Part shown: positions 9,763 to 24,700 of the stretch, piece after piece
Numbering within the stretch: position 1 is the stretch's first letter
Layout of the letters: each line of letters opens with the position of its first letter
Origin: Auanema rhodensis
Taxonomy: Eukaryota > Animalia > Nematoda
DNA: 64,000 bases
Assembly (NCBI GenBank): GCA_964057225.1
Contig: OZ059899.1
Coordinates: forward strand, 2,604,001 to 2,668,000
Direction of reading: 5' to 3'
Notes under the pieces: model-generated
What the model saw: only the letters and a program-made list of their open reading frames with translations
Database searches by the model: none
What the model was told of the DNA's origin: nothing
Position numbers and translations under genes: made by a program

Positions 9763-12700
9763 GAGCGTTTCTCAATGTAGTATAGTGCATTCGATGCGGA
9801 TTTTTAAGCTGCGTCGATCTGTGTTATCAGATTTGCGCTAGCTTAAAAATGCACCAAGATATCAACTGATATAAGTTCACACTTATATCCTCGATTTTCA
9901 CCCTGAAGAATTATTTTTTTCGTTGAATAACGTTGTCCATCGTCTTCGCCTTGAAAAAAGGAATCTAAAAACATCTACTTTTTGCTAAATTATTTTTAAA
10001 TTTTTCGAAAAAATTTTTGTCAAAATGTTTTTGGAAGCAATGTTGAGTGTACATGGAAACTCAACATACACTAATGCATCATTTTTCAAACGATCATAAC
10101 TAATTTTTGTATTGAGCGTTTCTCAATGTAGTATAGTGCATTCAATGCGGATTTTTGAGCTGCGTCGATCTGTGTTATCAGATTTGCGCTAGCTTGAAAA
10201 TGCACCGAGATATCAACTGATATAAGTTCACACTTATATCCTCGATTTTCACCCTGAAGAATTATTTTTTTCGTTGAATAACGTTGTCCATCGTCTTCGC
10301 CTTGAAAAAAGGAATCTAAAAACATCTACTTTTTGCTAAATTATTTTTAAATTTTTCGAAAAAATTTTTGTCAAAATGTTTTTGGAAGCAATGTTGAGTG
10401 TACATGGAAACTCAACATACACTAATGCATCATTTTTGAAACGATCATAACTAATTTTTGTATTGAGCGTTTCTCAATGTAGTATAGTGCATTCGATGCG
10501 GATTTTTGAGCTGCGTCGATCTGTGTTATCAGATTTGCGCTAGCTTGAAAATGCACCGAGATATCAACTGATATAAGTTCACACTTATATCCTCGATTTT
10601 CACCCTGAAGAATTATTTTTTTCGTTGAATAACGTTGTCCATCGTCTTCGCCTTGAAAAAAGGAATCTAAAAACATCTACTTTTTGCTAAATTATTTTTA
10701 AATTTTTCGAAAAAATTTTTGTCAAAATGTTTTTGGAAGCAATGTTGAGTGTACATGGAAACTCAACATACACTAATGCATCATTTTTCAAACGATCATA
10801 ACTAATTTTTGTATTGAGCGTTTCTCAATGTAGTATAGTGCATTCAATGCGGATTTTTGAGCTGCGTCGATCTGTGTTATCAGATTTGCGCTAGCTTGAA
10901 AATGCACCGAGATATCAACTGATATAAGTTCACACTTATATCCTCGATTTTCACCCTGAAGAATTATTTTTTTCGTTGAATAACATTGTCCATCGTCTTT
11001 GCTTTGAAAAACAGAATCTAAAAACATCTACTTTTTGCTAAATTATTTTGAAATTTTTCGAAAAAAGTTTTGTCAAAATGTTTTTGGAAGCAATGTTGAG
11101 TGTACATGGAAACTCAACATACACTAATGCATCATTTTTCAAACGATCATAACTAATTTTTGTATTAAGCGTTTCTCAATGTAGTATAGTGCTTTCGATG
11201 CGGACTTTTGAGCTGCGTCGATCTGTGTTATCAGATTTGCGCTAGCTTAAAAATGCACCGAGATATCAACTGATATAAGTTCACACTTATATCCTCGATT
11301 TTCACCCTGAAGAATTAATTTTTTCGTTGAATAACATTGTCCATCGTCTTTGCCTTGAAAAACGGAATCTAAAAACATTTACTTTTCGCTAAATTATTTT
11401 GAAATTTTTCGAAAAAATTTTTGTCAAAATGTTTTTGGAAGCAATGTTGAGTGTACATGGAAACTCAACATACACTAATGCATCATTTTTCAAACGATCA
11501 TAACTAATTTTTGTATTGAGCGTTTCTCAATGTAGTATAGTGCATTCGATGCGGATTTTTAAGCTGCGTCGATCTGTGTTATCTGATTTGCGCTAGCTTA
11601 AAAATGCACCAAGATATCAACTGATATAAGTTCACACTTATATCCTCGATTTTCACCCTGAAGAATTATTTTTTTCGTTGAATAACGTTGTCCATCGTCT
11701 TCGCCTTGAAAAAAGGAATCTAAAAACATCTACTTTTTGCTAAATTATTTTTAAATTTTTCGAAAAAATTTTTGTCAAAATGTTTTTGGAAGCAATGTTG
11801 AGTGTACATGGAAACTCAACATACACTAATGCATCATTTTTCAAACGATCATAACTAATTTTTGTATTGAGCGTTTCTCAATGTAGTATAGTGCATTCAA
11901 TGCGGATTTTTGAGCTGCGTCGATCTGTGTTATCAGATTTGCGCTAGCTTGAAAATGCACCGAGATATCAACTGATATAAGTTCACACTTATATCCTCGA
12001 TTTTCACCCTGAAGAATTATTTTTTTCGTTGAATAACGTTGTCCATCGTCTTCGCCTTGAAAAAAGGAATCTAAAAACATCTACTTTTTGCTAAATTATT
12101 TTTAAATTTTTCGAAAAAATTTTTGTCAAAATGTTTTTGGAAGCAATGTTGAGTGTACATGGAAACTCAACATACACTAATGCATCATTTTTCAAACGAT
12201 CATAACTAATTTTTGTATTGAGCGTTTCTCAATGTAGTATAGTGCATTCGATGCGGATTTTTAAGCTGCGTCGATCTGTGTTATCAGATTTGCGCTAGCT
12301 TAAAAATGCACCAAGATATCAACTGATATAAGTTCACACTTATATCCTCGATTTTCACCCTGAAGAATTATTTTTTTCGTTGAATAACGTTGTCCATCGT
12401 CTTCGCCTTGAAAAAAGGAATCTAAAAACATCTACTTTTTGCTAAATTATTTTTAAATTTTTCGAAAAAATTTTTGTCAAAATGTTTTTGGAAGCAATGT
12501 TGAGTGTACATGGAAACTCAACATACACTAATGCATCATTTTTCAAACGATCATAACTAATTTTTGTATTGAGCGTTTCTCAATGTAGTATAGTGCATTC
12601 AATGCGGATTTTTGAGCTGCGTCGATCTGTGTTATCAGATTTGCGCTAGCTTGAAAATGCACCGAGATATCAACTGATATAAGTTCACACTTATATCCTC

Positions 12701-14719
12701 GATTTTCACCCTGAAGAATTATTTTTTTCGTTGAATAACGTTGTCCATCGTCTTCGCCTTGAAAAAAGGAATCTAAAAACATCTACTTTTTGCTAAATTA
12801 TTTTTAAATTTTTCGAAAAAATTTTTGTCAAAATGTTTTTGGAAGCAATGTTGAGTGTACATGGAAACTCAACATACACTAATGCATCATTTTTGAAACG
12901 ATCATAACTAATTTTTGTATTGAGCGTTTCTCAATGTAGTATAGTGCATTCGATGCGGATTTTTGAGCTGCGTCGATCTGTGTTATCAGATTTGCGCTAG
13001 CTTGAAAATGCACCGAGATATCAACTGATATAAGTTCACACTTATATCCTCGATTTTCACCCTGAAGAATTATTTTTTTCGTTGAATAACGTTGTCCATC
13101 GTCTTCGCCTTGAAAAAAGGAATCTAAAAACATCTACTTTTTGCTAAATTATTTTTAAATTTTTCGAAAAAATTTTTGTCAAAATGTTTTTGGAAGCAAT
13201 GTTGAGTGTACATGGAAACTCAACATACACTAATGCATCATTTTTCAAACGATCATAACTAATTTTTGTATTGAGCGTTTCTCAATGTAGTATAGTGCAT
13301 TCAATGCGGATTTTTGAGCTGCGTCGATCTGTGTTATCAGATTTGCGCTAGCTTGAAAATGCACCGAGATATCAACTGATATAAGTTCACACTTATATCC
13401 TCGATTTTCACCCTGAAGAATTATTTTTTTCGTTGAATAACATTGTCCATCGTCTTTGCTTTGAAAAACAGAATCTAAAAACATCTACTTTTTGCTAAAT
13501 TATTTTGAAATTTTTCGAAAAAAGTTTTGTCAAAATGTTTTTGGAAGCAATGTTGAGTGTACATGGAAACTCAACATACACTAATGCATCATTTTTCAAA
13601 CGATCATAACTAATTTTTGTATTAAGCGTTTCTCAATGTAGTATAGTGCTTTCGATGCGGATTTTTGAGCTGCGTCGATCTGTGTTATCAGATTTGCGCT
13701 AGCTTAAAAATGCACCGAGATATCAACTGATATAAGTTCACACTTATATCCTCGATTTTCACCCTGAAGAATTAATTTTTTCGTTGAATAACATTGTCCA
13801 TCGTCTTTGCCTTGAAAAACGGAATCTAAAAACATTTACTTTTCGCTAAATTATTTTGAAATTTTTCGAAAAAATTTTTGTCAAAATGTTTTTGGAAGCA
13901 ATGTTGAGTGTACATGGAAACTCAACATACACTAATGCATCATTTTTCAAACGATCATAACTAATTTTTGTATTGAGCGTTTCTCAATGTAGTATAGTGC
14001 ATTCGATGCGGATTTTTAAGCTGCGTCGATCTGTGTTATCTGATTTGCGCTAGCTTAAAAATGCACCAAGATATCAACTGATATAAGTTCACACTTATAT
14101 CCTCGATTTTCACCCTGAAGAATTATTTTTTTCGTTGAATAACGTTGTCCATCGTCTTCGCCTTGAAAAAAGGAATCTAAAAACATCTACTTTTTGCTAA
14201 ATTATTTTTAAATTTTTCGAAAAAATTTTTGTCAAAATGTTTTTGGAAGCAATGTTGAGTGTACATGGAAACTCAACATACACTAATGCATCATTTTTCA
14301 AACGATCATAACTAATTTTTGTATTGAGCGTTTCTCAATGTAGTATAGTGCATTCAATGCGGATTTTTGAGCTGCGTCGATCTGTGTTATCAGATTTGCG
14401 CTAGCTTGAAAATGCACCGAGATATCAACTGATATAAGTTCACACTTATATCCTCGATTTTCACCCTGAAGAATTATTTTTTTCGTTGAATAACGTTGTC
14501 CATCGTCTTCGCCTTGAAAAAAGGAATCTAAAAACATCTACTTTTTGCTAAATTATTTTTAAATTTTTCGAAAAAATTTTTGTCAAAATGTTTTTGGAAG
14601 CAATGTTGAGTGTACATGGAAACTCAACATACACTAATGCATCATTTTTCAAACGATCATAACTAATTTTTGTATTGAGCGTTTCTCAATGTAGTATAGT
14701 GCATTCGATGCGGATTTTT
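9763..14719. repeat. Higher-order tandem duplication, 7 monomers (2457 bp) x2, followed by a 5-monomer-offset partial copy to ~15700
   Basis: Rare SNP pairs 10438/12895, 11067/13524, 11193/13650 and 11584/14041 are all 2457 apart. Third copies at 15279 and 15405 are 1755 further on. Confidence 0.9.
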
Positions 14720-15444
14720 GAGCTGCGTCGATCTGTGTTATCAGATTTGCGCTAGCTTGAAAATGCACCGAGATATCAACTGATATAAGTTCACACTTAT
14801 ATCCTCGATTTTCACCCTGAAGAATTATTTTTTTCGTTGAATAACGTTGTCCATCGTCTTCGCCTTGAAAAAAGGAATCTAAAAACATCTACTTTTTGCT
14901 AAATTATTTTTAAATTTTTCGAAAAAATTTTTGTCAAAATGTTTTTGGAAGCAATGTTGAGTGTACATGGAAACTCAACATACACTAATGCATCATTTTT
15001 CAAACGATCATAACTAATTTTTGTATTGAGCGTTTCTCAATGTAGTATAGTGCATTCAATGCGGATTTTTGAGCTGCGTCGATCTGTGTTATCAGATTTG
15101 CGCTAGCTTGAAAATGCACCGAGATATCAACTGATATAAGTTCACACTTATATCCTCGATTTTCACCCTGAAGAATTATTTTTTTCGTTGAATAACATTG
15201 TCCATCGTCTTTGCTTTGAAAAACAGAATCTAAAAACATCTACTTTTTGCTAAATTATTTTGAAATTTTTCGAAAAAAGTTTTGTCAAAATGTTTTTGGA
15301 AGCAATGTTGAGTGTACATGGAAACTCAACATACACTAATGCATCATTTTTCAAACGATCATAACTAATTTTTGTATTAAGCGTTTCTCAATGTAGTATA
15401 GTGCTTTCGATGCGGATTTTTGAGCTGCGTCGATCTGTGTTATC

Positions 15445-18400
15445 AGATTTGCGCTAGCTTAAAAATGCACCGAGATATCAACTGATATAAGTTCACACTT
15501 ATATCCTCGATTTTCACCCTGAAGAATTAATTTTTTCGTTGAATAACATTGTCCATCGTCTTTGCCTTGAAAAACGGAATCTAAAAACATTTACTTTTCG
15601 CTAAATTATTTTGAAATTTTTCGAAAAAATTTTTGTCAAAATGTTTTTGGAAGCAATGTTGAGTGTACATGGAAACTCAACATACACTAATGCATCATTT
15701 TTCAAACGATCATAACTAATTTTTGTATTAAGCGTTTCTCAATGTAGTATAGTGCATTCGATGCGGATTTTTAAGCTGCGTCGATCTGTGTTATCAGATT
15801 TGCGCTAGCTTAAAAATGCACCGAGATATCAACTGATATGAGTTCACACATATATCCTCGATTTTCACCCTGAAGAATTAATTTTTTCGTTGAATAACAT
15901 TGTCCATCGTCTTTGCCTTGAAAAAAGGAATCTAAAAACATCTACTTTTTGCTAAATTATTTTGAAATTTTTCGAAAAAATTTTTGTCAAAATGTTTTTG
16001 GAAGCAATGTTGAGTGTACATGGAAACTCAACATACACTAATGCATCATTTTTCAAACGATCATAACTAATTTTTGTATTAAGCGTTTCTCAATGTAGTA
16101 TAGTGCATTCGATGCGGATTTTTGAGCTGCGTCGATCTGTGTTATCAGATTTGCGCTAGCTTAAAAATGCACCGAGATATCAACTGATATGAGTTCACAC
16201 ATATATCCTCGATTTTCACCCTGAAGAATTAATTTTTTCGTTGAATAACATTGTCCATCGTCTTTGCCTTGAAAAAAGGAATCTAAAAACATCTACTTTT
16301 TGCTAAATTATTTTGAAAATTTTCGAAAAAATTTTTGTCAAAATGTTTTTGGAAGCAATGTTGAGTGTACATGGAAACTCAACATACAATAATGCATCAT
16401 TTTTCAAACGATCATAACTAATTTTTGTATTAAGCGTTTCTCAATGTAGTATAGTGCATTCGATGCGGATTTTTGAGCTGCGTCGATCTGTGTTATCAGA
16501 TTTGCGCTAGCTTAAAAATGCACCGAGATATCAACTGATATGAGTTCACACATATATCCTCGATTTTCACCCTGAAGAATTAATTTTTTCGTTGAATAAC
16601 ATTGTCCATCGTCTTTGCCTTGAAAAAAGGAATCTAAAAACATCTACTTTTTGCTAAATTATTTTGAAAATTTTCGAAAAAATTTTTGTCAAAATGTTTT
16701 TGGAAGCAATGTTGAGTGTACATGGAAACTCAACATACAATAATGCATCATTTTTCAAACGATCATAACTAATTTTTGTATTAAGCGATTCTCAATGTAG
16801 TATAGTGCATTCGATGCGGATTTTTAAGCTGCGTCGATCTGTGTTATCAGATTTGCGCTAGCTTAAAAAAGCACCGAGATATCAACTGATATAAATTCCC
16901 ACTTATATCCTCGATTTTCACCCTGAAGAATTATTTTTTTCGTTGAATAACATTGTCCATCGTCTTTGCCTTGAAAAACGGAATCTAAAAACATCTACTT
17001 TTTGCTAAATTATTTTGAAATTTTTCGAAAAAATTTTTGTCAAAATGTTTTTGGAAGCAATGTTGAGTGTACATGGAAACTCAACATACACTAATGCATC
17101 ATTTTTCAAACGATCATAACTAATTTTTTTATTAAGCGTTTCTCAATGTAGTATAGTGCATTCGATGCGGATTTTTAAGCTGCGTCGATCTGTGTTATCA
17201 GATTTGCGCTAGCTTAAAAAAGCACCGAGATATCAACTGATATAAATTCCCACTTATATCCTCGATTTTCACCCTGAAGAATTATTTTTTTCGTTGAATA
17301 ACATTGTCCATCGTCTTTGTCTTGAAAAACGGAATCTAAAAACATCTACTTTTTGCTAAATTATTTTAAAATTTTTCGAAAAAATTTTTGTCAAAATGTT
17401 TTTGGAAGCAATGTTGAGTGTACATGGAAACTCAACATACACTAATGCATCATTTTTCAAACGATCATAACTAATTTTTGTATTAAGCGTTTCTCAATGT
17501 AGTATAGTGCATTCGATGCGGATTTTTAAGCTGCGTCGATCTGTGTTATCAGATTTGCGCTAGCTTAAAAATGCACCGAGATATCAACTGATATAAGTTC
17601 ACACTTATATCCTCGATTTTCACCCTGAAGAATTAATTTTTTCGTTGAATAACATTGTCCATCGTCTTTGCCTTGAAAAACGGAATCTAAAAACATTTAC
17701 TTTTCGCTAAATTATTTTGAAATTTTTCGAAAAAATTTTTGTCAAAATGTTTTTGGAAGCAATGTTGAGTGTACATGGAAACTCAACATACACTAATGCA
17801 TCATTTTTCAAACGATCATAACTAATTTTTGTATTAAGCGTTTCTCAATGTAGTATAGTGCATTCGATGCGGATTTTTAAGCTGCGTCGATCTGTGTTAT
17901 CAGATTTGCGCTAGCTTAAAAATGCACCGAGATATCAACTGATATGAGTTCACACATATATCCTCGATTTTCACCCTGAAGAATTAATTTTTTCGTTGAA
18001 TAACATTGTCCATCGTCTTTGCCTTGAAAAAAGGAATCTAAAAACATCTACTTTTTGCTAAATTATTTTGAAATTTTTCGAAAAAATTTTTGTCAAAATG
18101 TTTTTGGAAGCAATGTTGAGTGTACATGGAAACTCAACATACACTAATGCATCATTTTTCAAACGATCATAACTAATTTTTGTATTAAGCGTTTCTCAAT
18201 GTAGTATAGTGCATTCGATGCGGATTTTTGAGCTGCGTCGATCTGTGTTATCAGATTTGCGCTAGCTTAAAAATGCACCGAGATATCAACTGATATGAGT
18301 TCACACATATATCCTCGATTTTCACCCTGAAGAATTAATTTTTTCGTTGAATAACATTGTCCATCGTCTTTGCCTTGAAAAAAGGAATCTAAAAACATCT

Positions 18401-21060
18401 ACTTTTTGCTAAATTATTTTGAAAATTTTCGAAAAAATTTTTGTCAAAATGTTTTTGGAAGCAATGTTGAGTGTACATGGAAACTCAACATACAATAATG
18501 CATCATTTTTCAAACGATCATAACTAATTTTTGTATTAAGCGTTTCTCAATGTAGTATAGTGCATTCGATGCGGATTTTTGAGCTGCGTCGATCTGTGTT
18601 ATCAGATTTGCGCTAGCTTAAAAATGCACCGAGATATCAACTGATATGAGTTCACACATATATCCTCGATTTTCACCCTGAAGAATTAATTTTTTCGTTG
18701 AATAACATTGTCCATCGTCTTTGCCTTGAAAAAAGGAATCTAAAAACATCTACTTTTTGCTAAATTATTTTGAAAATTTTCGAAAAAATTTTTGTCAAAA
18801 TGTTTTTGGAAGCAATGTTGAGTGTACATGGAAACTCAACATACAATAATGCATCATTTTTCAAACGATCATAACTAATTTTTGTATTAAGCGATTCTCA
18901 ATGTAGTATAGTGCATTCGATGCGGATTTTTAAGCTGCGTCGATCTGTGTTATCAGATTTGCGCTAGCTTAAAAAAGCACCGAGATATCAACTGATATAA
19001 ATTCCCACTTATATCCTCGATTTTCACCCTGAAGAATTATTTTTTTCGTTGAATAACATTGTCCATCGTCTTTGCCTTGAAAAACGGAATCTAAAAACAT
19101 CTACTTTTTGCTAAATTATTTTGAAATTTTTCGAAAAAATTTTTGTCAAAATGTTTTTGGAAGCAATGTTGAGTGTACATGGAAACTCAACATACACTAA
19201 TGCATCATTTTTCAAACGATCATAACTAATTTTTGTATTAAGCGTTTCTCAATGTAGTATAGTGCATTCGATGCGGATTTTTAAGCTGCGTCGATCTGTG
19301 TTATCAGATTTGCGCTAGCTTAAAAAAGCACCGAGATATCAACTGATATAAATTCCCACTTATATCCTCGATTTTCACCCTGAAGAATTATTTTTTTCGT
19401 TGAATAACATTGTCCATCGTCTTTGTCTTGAAAAACGGAATCTAAAAACATCTACTTTTTGCTAAATTATTTTGAAATTTTTCGAAAAAATTTTTGTCAA
19501 AATGTTTTTGGAAGCAATGTTGAGTGTACATGGAAACTCAACATACACTAATGCATCATTTTTCAAACGATCATAACTAATTTTTGTATTAAGCGTTTCT
19601 CAATGTAGTATAGTGCATTCGATGCGGATTTTTAAGCTGCGTCGATCTGTGTTATCAGATTTGCGCTAGCTTAAAAATGCACCGAGATATCAACTGATAT
19701 AAGTTCACACTTATATCCTCGATTTTCACCCTGAAGAATTAATTTTTTCGTTGAATAACATTGTCCATCGTCTTTGCCTTGAAAAACGGAATCTAAAAAC
19801 ATTTACTTTTCGCTCAATTATTTTGAAATTTTTCGAAAAAATTTTTGTCAAAATGTTTTTGGAAGCAATGTTGAGTGTACATGGAAACTCAACATACACT
19901 AATGCATCATTTTTCAAACGATCATAACTAATTTTTGTATTAAGCGTTTCTCAATGTAGTATAGTGCATTCGATGCGGATTTTTAAGCTGCGTCGATCTG
20001 TGTTATCAGATTTGCGCTAGCTTAAAAATGCACCGAGATATCAACTGATATGAGTTCACACATATATCCTCGATTTTCACCCTGAAGAATTAATTTTTTC
20101 GTTGAATAACATTGTCCATCGTCTTTGCCTTGAAAAAAGGAATCTAAAAACATCTACTTTTTGCTAAATTATTCTGAAATTTTTCGAAAAAATTTTTGTC
20201 AAAATGTTTTTGGAAGCAATGTTGAGTGTACATGGAAACTCAACATACACTAATGCATCATTTTTCAAACGATCATAACTAATTTTTGTATTAAGCGTTT
20301 CTCAATGTAGTATAGTGCATTCGATGCGGATTTTTGAGCTGCGTCGATCTGTGTTATCAGATTTGCGCTAGCTTAAAAATGCACCGAGATATCAACTGAT
20401 ATGAGTTCACACATATATCCTCGATTTTCACCCTGAAGAATTAATTTTTTCGTTGAATAACATTGTCCATCGTCTTTGCCTTGAAAAAAGGAATCTAAAA
20501 ACATCTACTTTTTGCTAAATTATTTTGAAATTTTTCGAAAAAATTTTTGTCAAAATGTTTTTGGAAGCAATGTTGAGTGTACATGGAAACTCAACATACA
20601 CTAATGCATCATTTTTCAAACGATCATAACTATTTTTTGTATTAAGCGTTTCTCAATGTAGTATAGTGCATTCGATGCGGATTTTTAAGCTGCGTCGATC
20701 TGTGTTATCAGATTTGCGCTAGCTTAAAAAAGCACCGAGATATCAACTGATATAAATTCCCACTTATATCCTCGATTTTCACCCTGAAGAATTATTTTTT
20801 TCGTTGAATAACATTGTCCATCGTCTTTGCCTTGAAAAACGGAATCTAAAAACATCTACTTTTTGCTAAATTATTTTGAAATTTTTCGAAAAAATTTTTG
20901 TCAAAATGTTTTTGGAAGCAATGTTGAGTGTACATGGAAACTCAACATACACTAATGCATCATTTTTCAAACGATCATAACTAATTTTTGTATTAAGCGT
21001 TTCTCAATGTAGTATAGTGCATTCGATGCGGATTTTTGAGCTGCGTCGATCTGTGTTATC
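15445..21060. repeat. Higher-order duplication, 6 monomers (2106 bp) x2 plus a shortened third copy
   Basis: Markers 15591/17697/19803, 16788/18894 and 17320/19426 are all 2106 apart. Confidence 0.88.
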
Positions 21061-21762
21061 AGATTTGCGCTAGCTTGAAAATGCACCGAGATATCAACTG
21101 ATATAAGTTCACACTTATATCCTCGATTTTCACCCTGAAGAATTAATTTTTTCGTTGAATAACATTGTCCATCTTTTTTGTTTTGAAAAACGGAATCTAA
21201 AAACATCTACTTTTTGCTAAATTATTTTGAAATTTTTCGAAAAAATTTTTGTCAAAATGTTTTTGGAAGCAATGTTGAGTGTACATGGAAACTCAACATA
21301 CACTAATGCATCATTTTTCAAACGATCATAACTAATTTTTGTATTAAGCGTTTCTCAATGTAGTATAGTGCATTCGATGCGGATTTTTAAGCTGCGTCGA
21401 TCTGTGTTATCAGATTTGCGCTAGCTTAAAAAAGCACCGAGATATCAACTGATATAAGTTCACACTTATAACCTCGATTTTCACCCTGAAGAATTATTTT
21501 TTTCGTTGAATAACATTGTCCATCGTCTTTGCCTTGAAAAACGGAATCTAAAAACATCTACTTTTTGCTAAATTATTTTGAAATTTTTCGAAAAAATTTT
21601 TGTCAAAATGTTTTTGGAAGCAATGTTGAGTGTACATGGAAACTCAACATACACTAATGCATCATTTTTCAAACGATCATAACTAATTTTTGTATTAAGC
21701 CTTTCTCAATGTAGTATAGTGCAATCGATGCGGATTTTTAAGCTGCGTCGATCTGTGTTATC

Positions 21763-24700
21763 AGATTTGCGCTAGCTTAAAAATGCACCGAGATATCAAC
21801 TGATATAAGTTCACACTTATATCCTCGATTTTCACCCTGAAGAATTAATTTTTTCGTTGAATAACATTGTCCATCGTCTTTGCCTTGAAAAACGGAATCT
21901 AAAAACATCTACTTTTCGCTGAATTATCTTGAAATTTTTAGAAAAAATTTTTGTCAAAATGTTTTTGGAAGCAATGTTGAGTGTACATGGAAACTCAACA
22001 TACACTAATGCATCATTTTTCAAACGATCATAACTAATTTTTGTATTAAGCGTTTCTCAATGTAGTATAGTGCATTCGATGCGGATTTTTGAGCTGCGTC
22101 GATCTGTGTTATCAGATTTGCGCTAGCTTGAAAATGCACCGAGATATCAACTGATATAAGTTCACACTTATATCCTCGATTTTCACCCTGAAGAATTAAT
22201 TTTTTCGTTGAATAACATTGTCCATCGTCTTTGCCTTGAAAAAAGGAATCTGAAAACATCTACTTTTCGCTAAATTATCTTGAAATTTTTCGAAAAAATT
22301 TTTGTCAAAATGTTTTTGGAAGCAATGTTGAGTGTACATGGAAACTCAACATACACTAATGCATCATTTTTCAAACGATCATAACTAATTTTTGTATTAA
22401 GCGTTTCTCAATGTAGTATAGTGCATTCGATGCGGATTTTTAAGCTGCGTCGATCTGTGTTATCAGATTTGCGCTAGCTTAAAAATGCACCAAGATATCA
22501 ACTGATATAAGTTCACACTTATATCCTCGATTTTCACCCTGAAGAATTATTTTTTTCGTTGAATAACGTTGTCCATCGTCTTCGCCTTGAAAAAAGGAAT
22601 CTAAAAACATCTACTTTTTGCTAAATTATTTTGAAATTTTTCGAAAAAATTTTTGTCAAAATGTTTTTGGAAGCAATGTTGAGTGTACATGGAAACTCAA
22701 CATACACTAATGCATCATTTTTCAAACGATCATAACTAATTTTTGTATTAAGCGTTTCTCAATGTAGTATAGTGCATTCGATGCGGATTTTTGAGCTGCG
22801 TCGATCTGTGTTATCAGATCTGCGCTAGCTTAAAAATGCACCGAGATATCAACTGATATAAGTTCACACTTATATCCTCGATTTTCACCCTGAAGAATTA
22901 ATTTTTTCGTTGAATAACATTGTCCATCGTCTTTGCCTTGAAAAACGGAATCTAAAAACATCTACTTTTCGCTAAATTATCTTGAAATTTTTCGAAAAAA
23001 TTTTTGTCAAAATGTTTTTGGAAGCAATGTTGAGTGTACATGGAAACTCAACATACACTAATGCATCATTTTTCAAACGATCATAACTAATTTTTGTATT
23101 GAGCGTTTCTCAATGTAGTATAGTGCATTCGATGCGGATTTTTAAGCTACGTCGATCTGTGTTATCAGATTTGCGCTAGCTTAAAAATGCACCGAGATAT
23201 CAACTGATATAAGTTCACACTTATATCCTCGATTTTCACCCTGAAGAATTATTTTTTTCGTTGAATAACATTGTCCATCGTCTTTGCCTTAAAAAACGGA
23301 ATCTAAAAACATCTACTTTTTGCTAAATTATCTTGAAATTTTTCGAAAAAATTTTTGTCAAAATGTTTTTGGAAGCAATGTTGAGTGTACATGGAAACTC
23401 AACATACACTAATGCATCATTTTTCAAACGATCATAACTAATTTTTGTATTAAGCGTTTCTCAATGTAGTATAGTGCATTCGATGCGGATTTTTAAGCTG
23501 CGTCGATCTGTGTTATCAGATTTGCGCTAGCTTAAAAATGCACCAAGATATCAACTGATATAAGTTCACACTTATATCCTCGATTTTCACCCTGAAGAAT
23601 TATTTTTTTCGTTGAATAACGTTGTCCATCGTCTTCGCCTTGAAAAAAGGAATCTAAAAACATCTACTTTTTGCTAAATTATTTTGAAATTTTTCGAAAA
23701 AATTTTTGTCAAAATGTTTTTGGAAGCAATGTTGAGTGTACATGGAAACTCAACATACACTAATGCATCATTTTTCAAACGATCATAACTAATTTTTGTA
23801 TTGAGCGTTTCTCAATGTAGTATAGTGCATTCGATGCGGATTTTTAAGCTGCGTCGATCTGTGTTATCAGATTTGCGCTAGCTTAAAAAAGCACCGAGAT
23901 ATCAACTGATATAAGTTCACACTTATATCCTCGATTTTCACCCTGAAGAATTATTTTTTTCGTTGAATAACATTGTCCATCGTCTTCGCCTTGAAAAACG
24001 GAATCTAAAAACATCTACTTTTTGCTAAATTATTTTGAAATTTTTCGAAAAAATTTTTGTCAAAATGTTTTTGGAAGCAATGTTGAGTGTACATGGAAAC
24101 TCAACATACACTAATGCATCATTTTTCAAACGATCATAACTAATTTTTGTATTAAGCGTTTCTCAATGTAGTATAGTGCATTCGATGCGGATTTTTAAGC
24201 TGCGTCGATCTGTGTTATCAGATTTGCGCTAGCTTAAAAATGCACCGAGATATCAACTGATATAAGTTCACACTTATATCCTCGATTTTCACCCTGAAGA
24301 ATTAATTTTTTCGTTGAATAACATTGTCCATCGTCTTTGCCTTGAAAAACGGAATCTAAAAACGTCTACTTTTCGCTGAATTATCTTGAAATTTTTAGAA
24401 AAAATTTTTGTCAAAATGTTTTTGGAAGCAATGTTGAGTGTACATGGAAACTCAACATACACTAATGCATCATTTTTCAAACGATCATAACTAATTTTTG
24501 TATTAAGCGTTTCTCAATGTAGTATAGTGCATTCGATGCGGATTTTTGAGCTGCGTCGATCTGTGTTATCAGATTTGCGCTAGCTTGAAAATGCACCGAG
24601 ATATCAACTGATATAAGTTCACACTTATATCCTCGATTTTCACCCTGAAGAATTAATTTTTTCGTTGAATAACATTGTCCATCGTCTTTGCCTTGAAAAA

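Noticed and set aside
1825-24480. Repeated 63-aa minus-strand ORFs (MKNDALVYVEFP...)
   Set aside because: They are open only where a SNP at p159 removes a stop codon, appear to start at TTG, show no recognisable domain, and are closed in most monomers.
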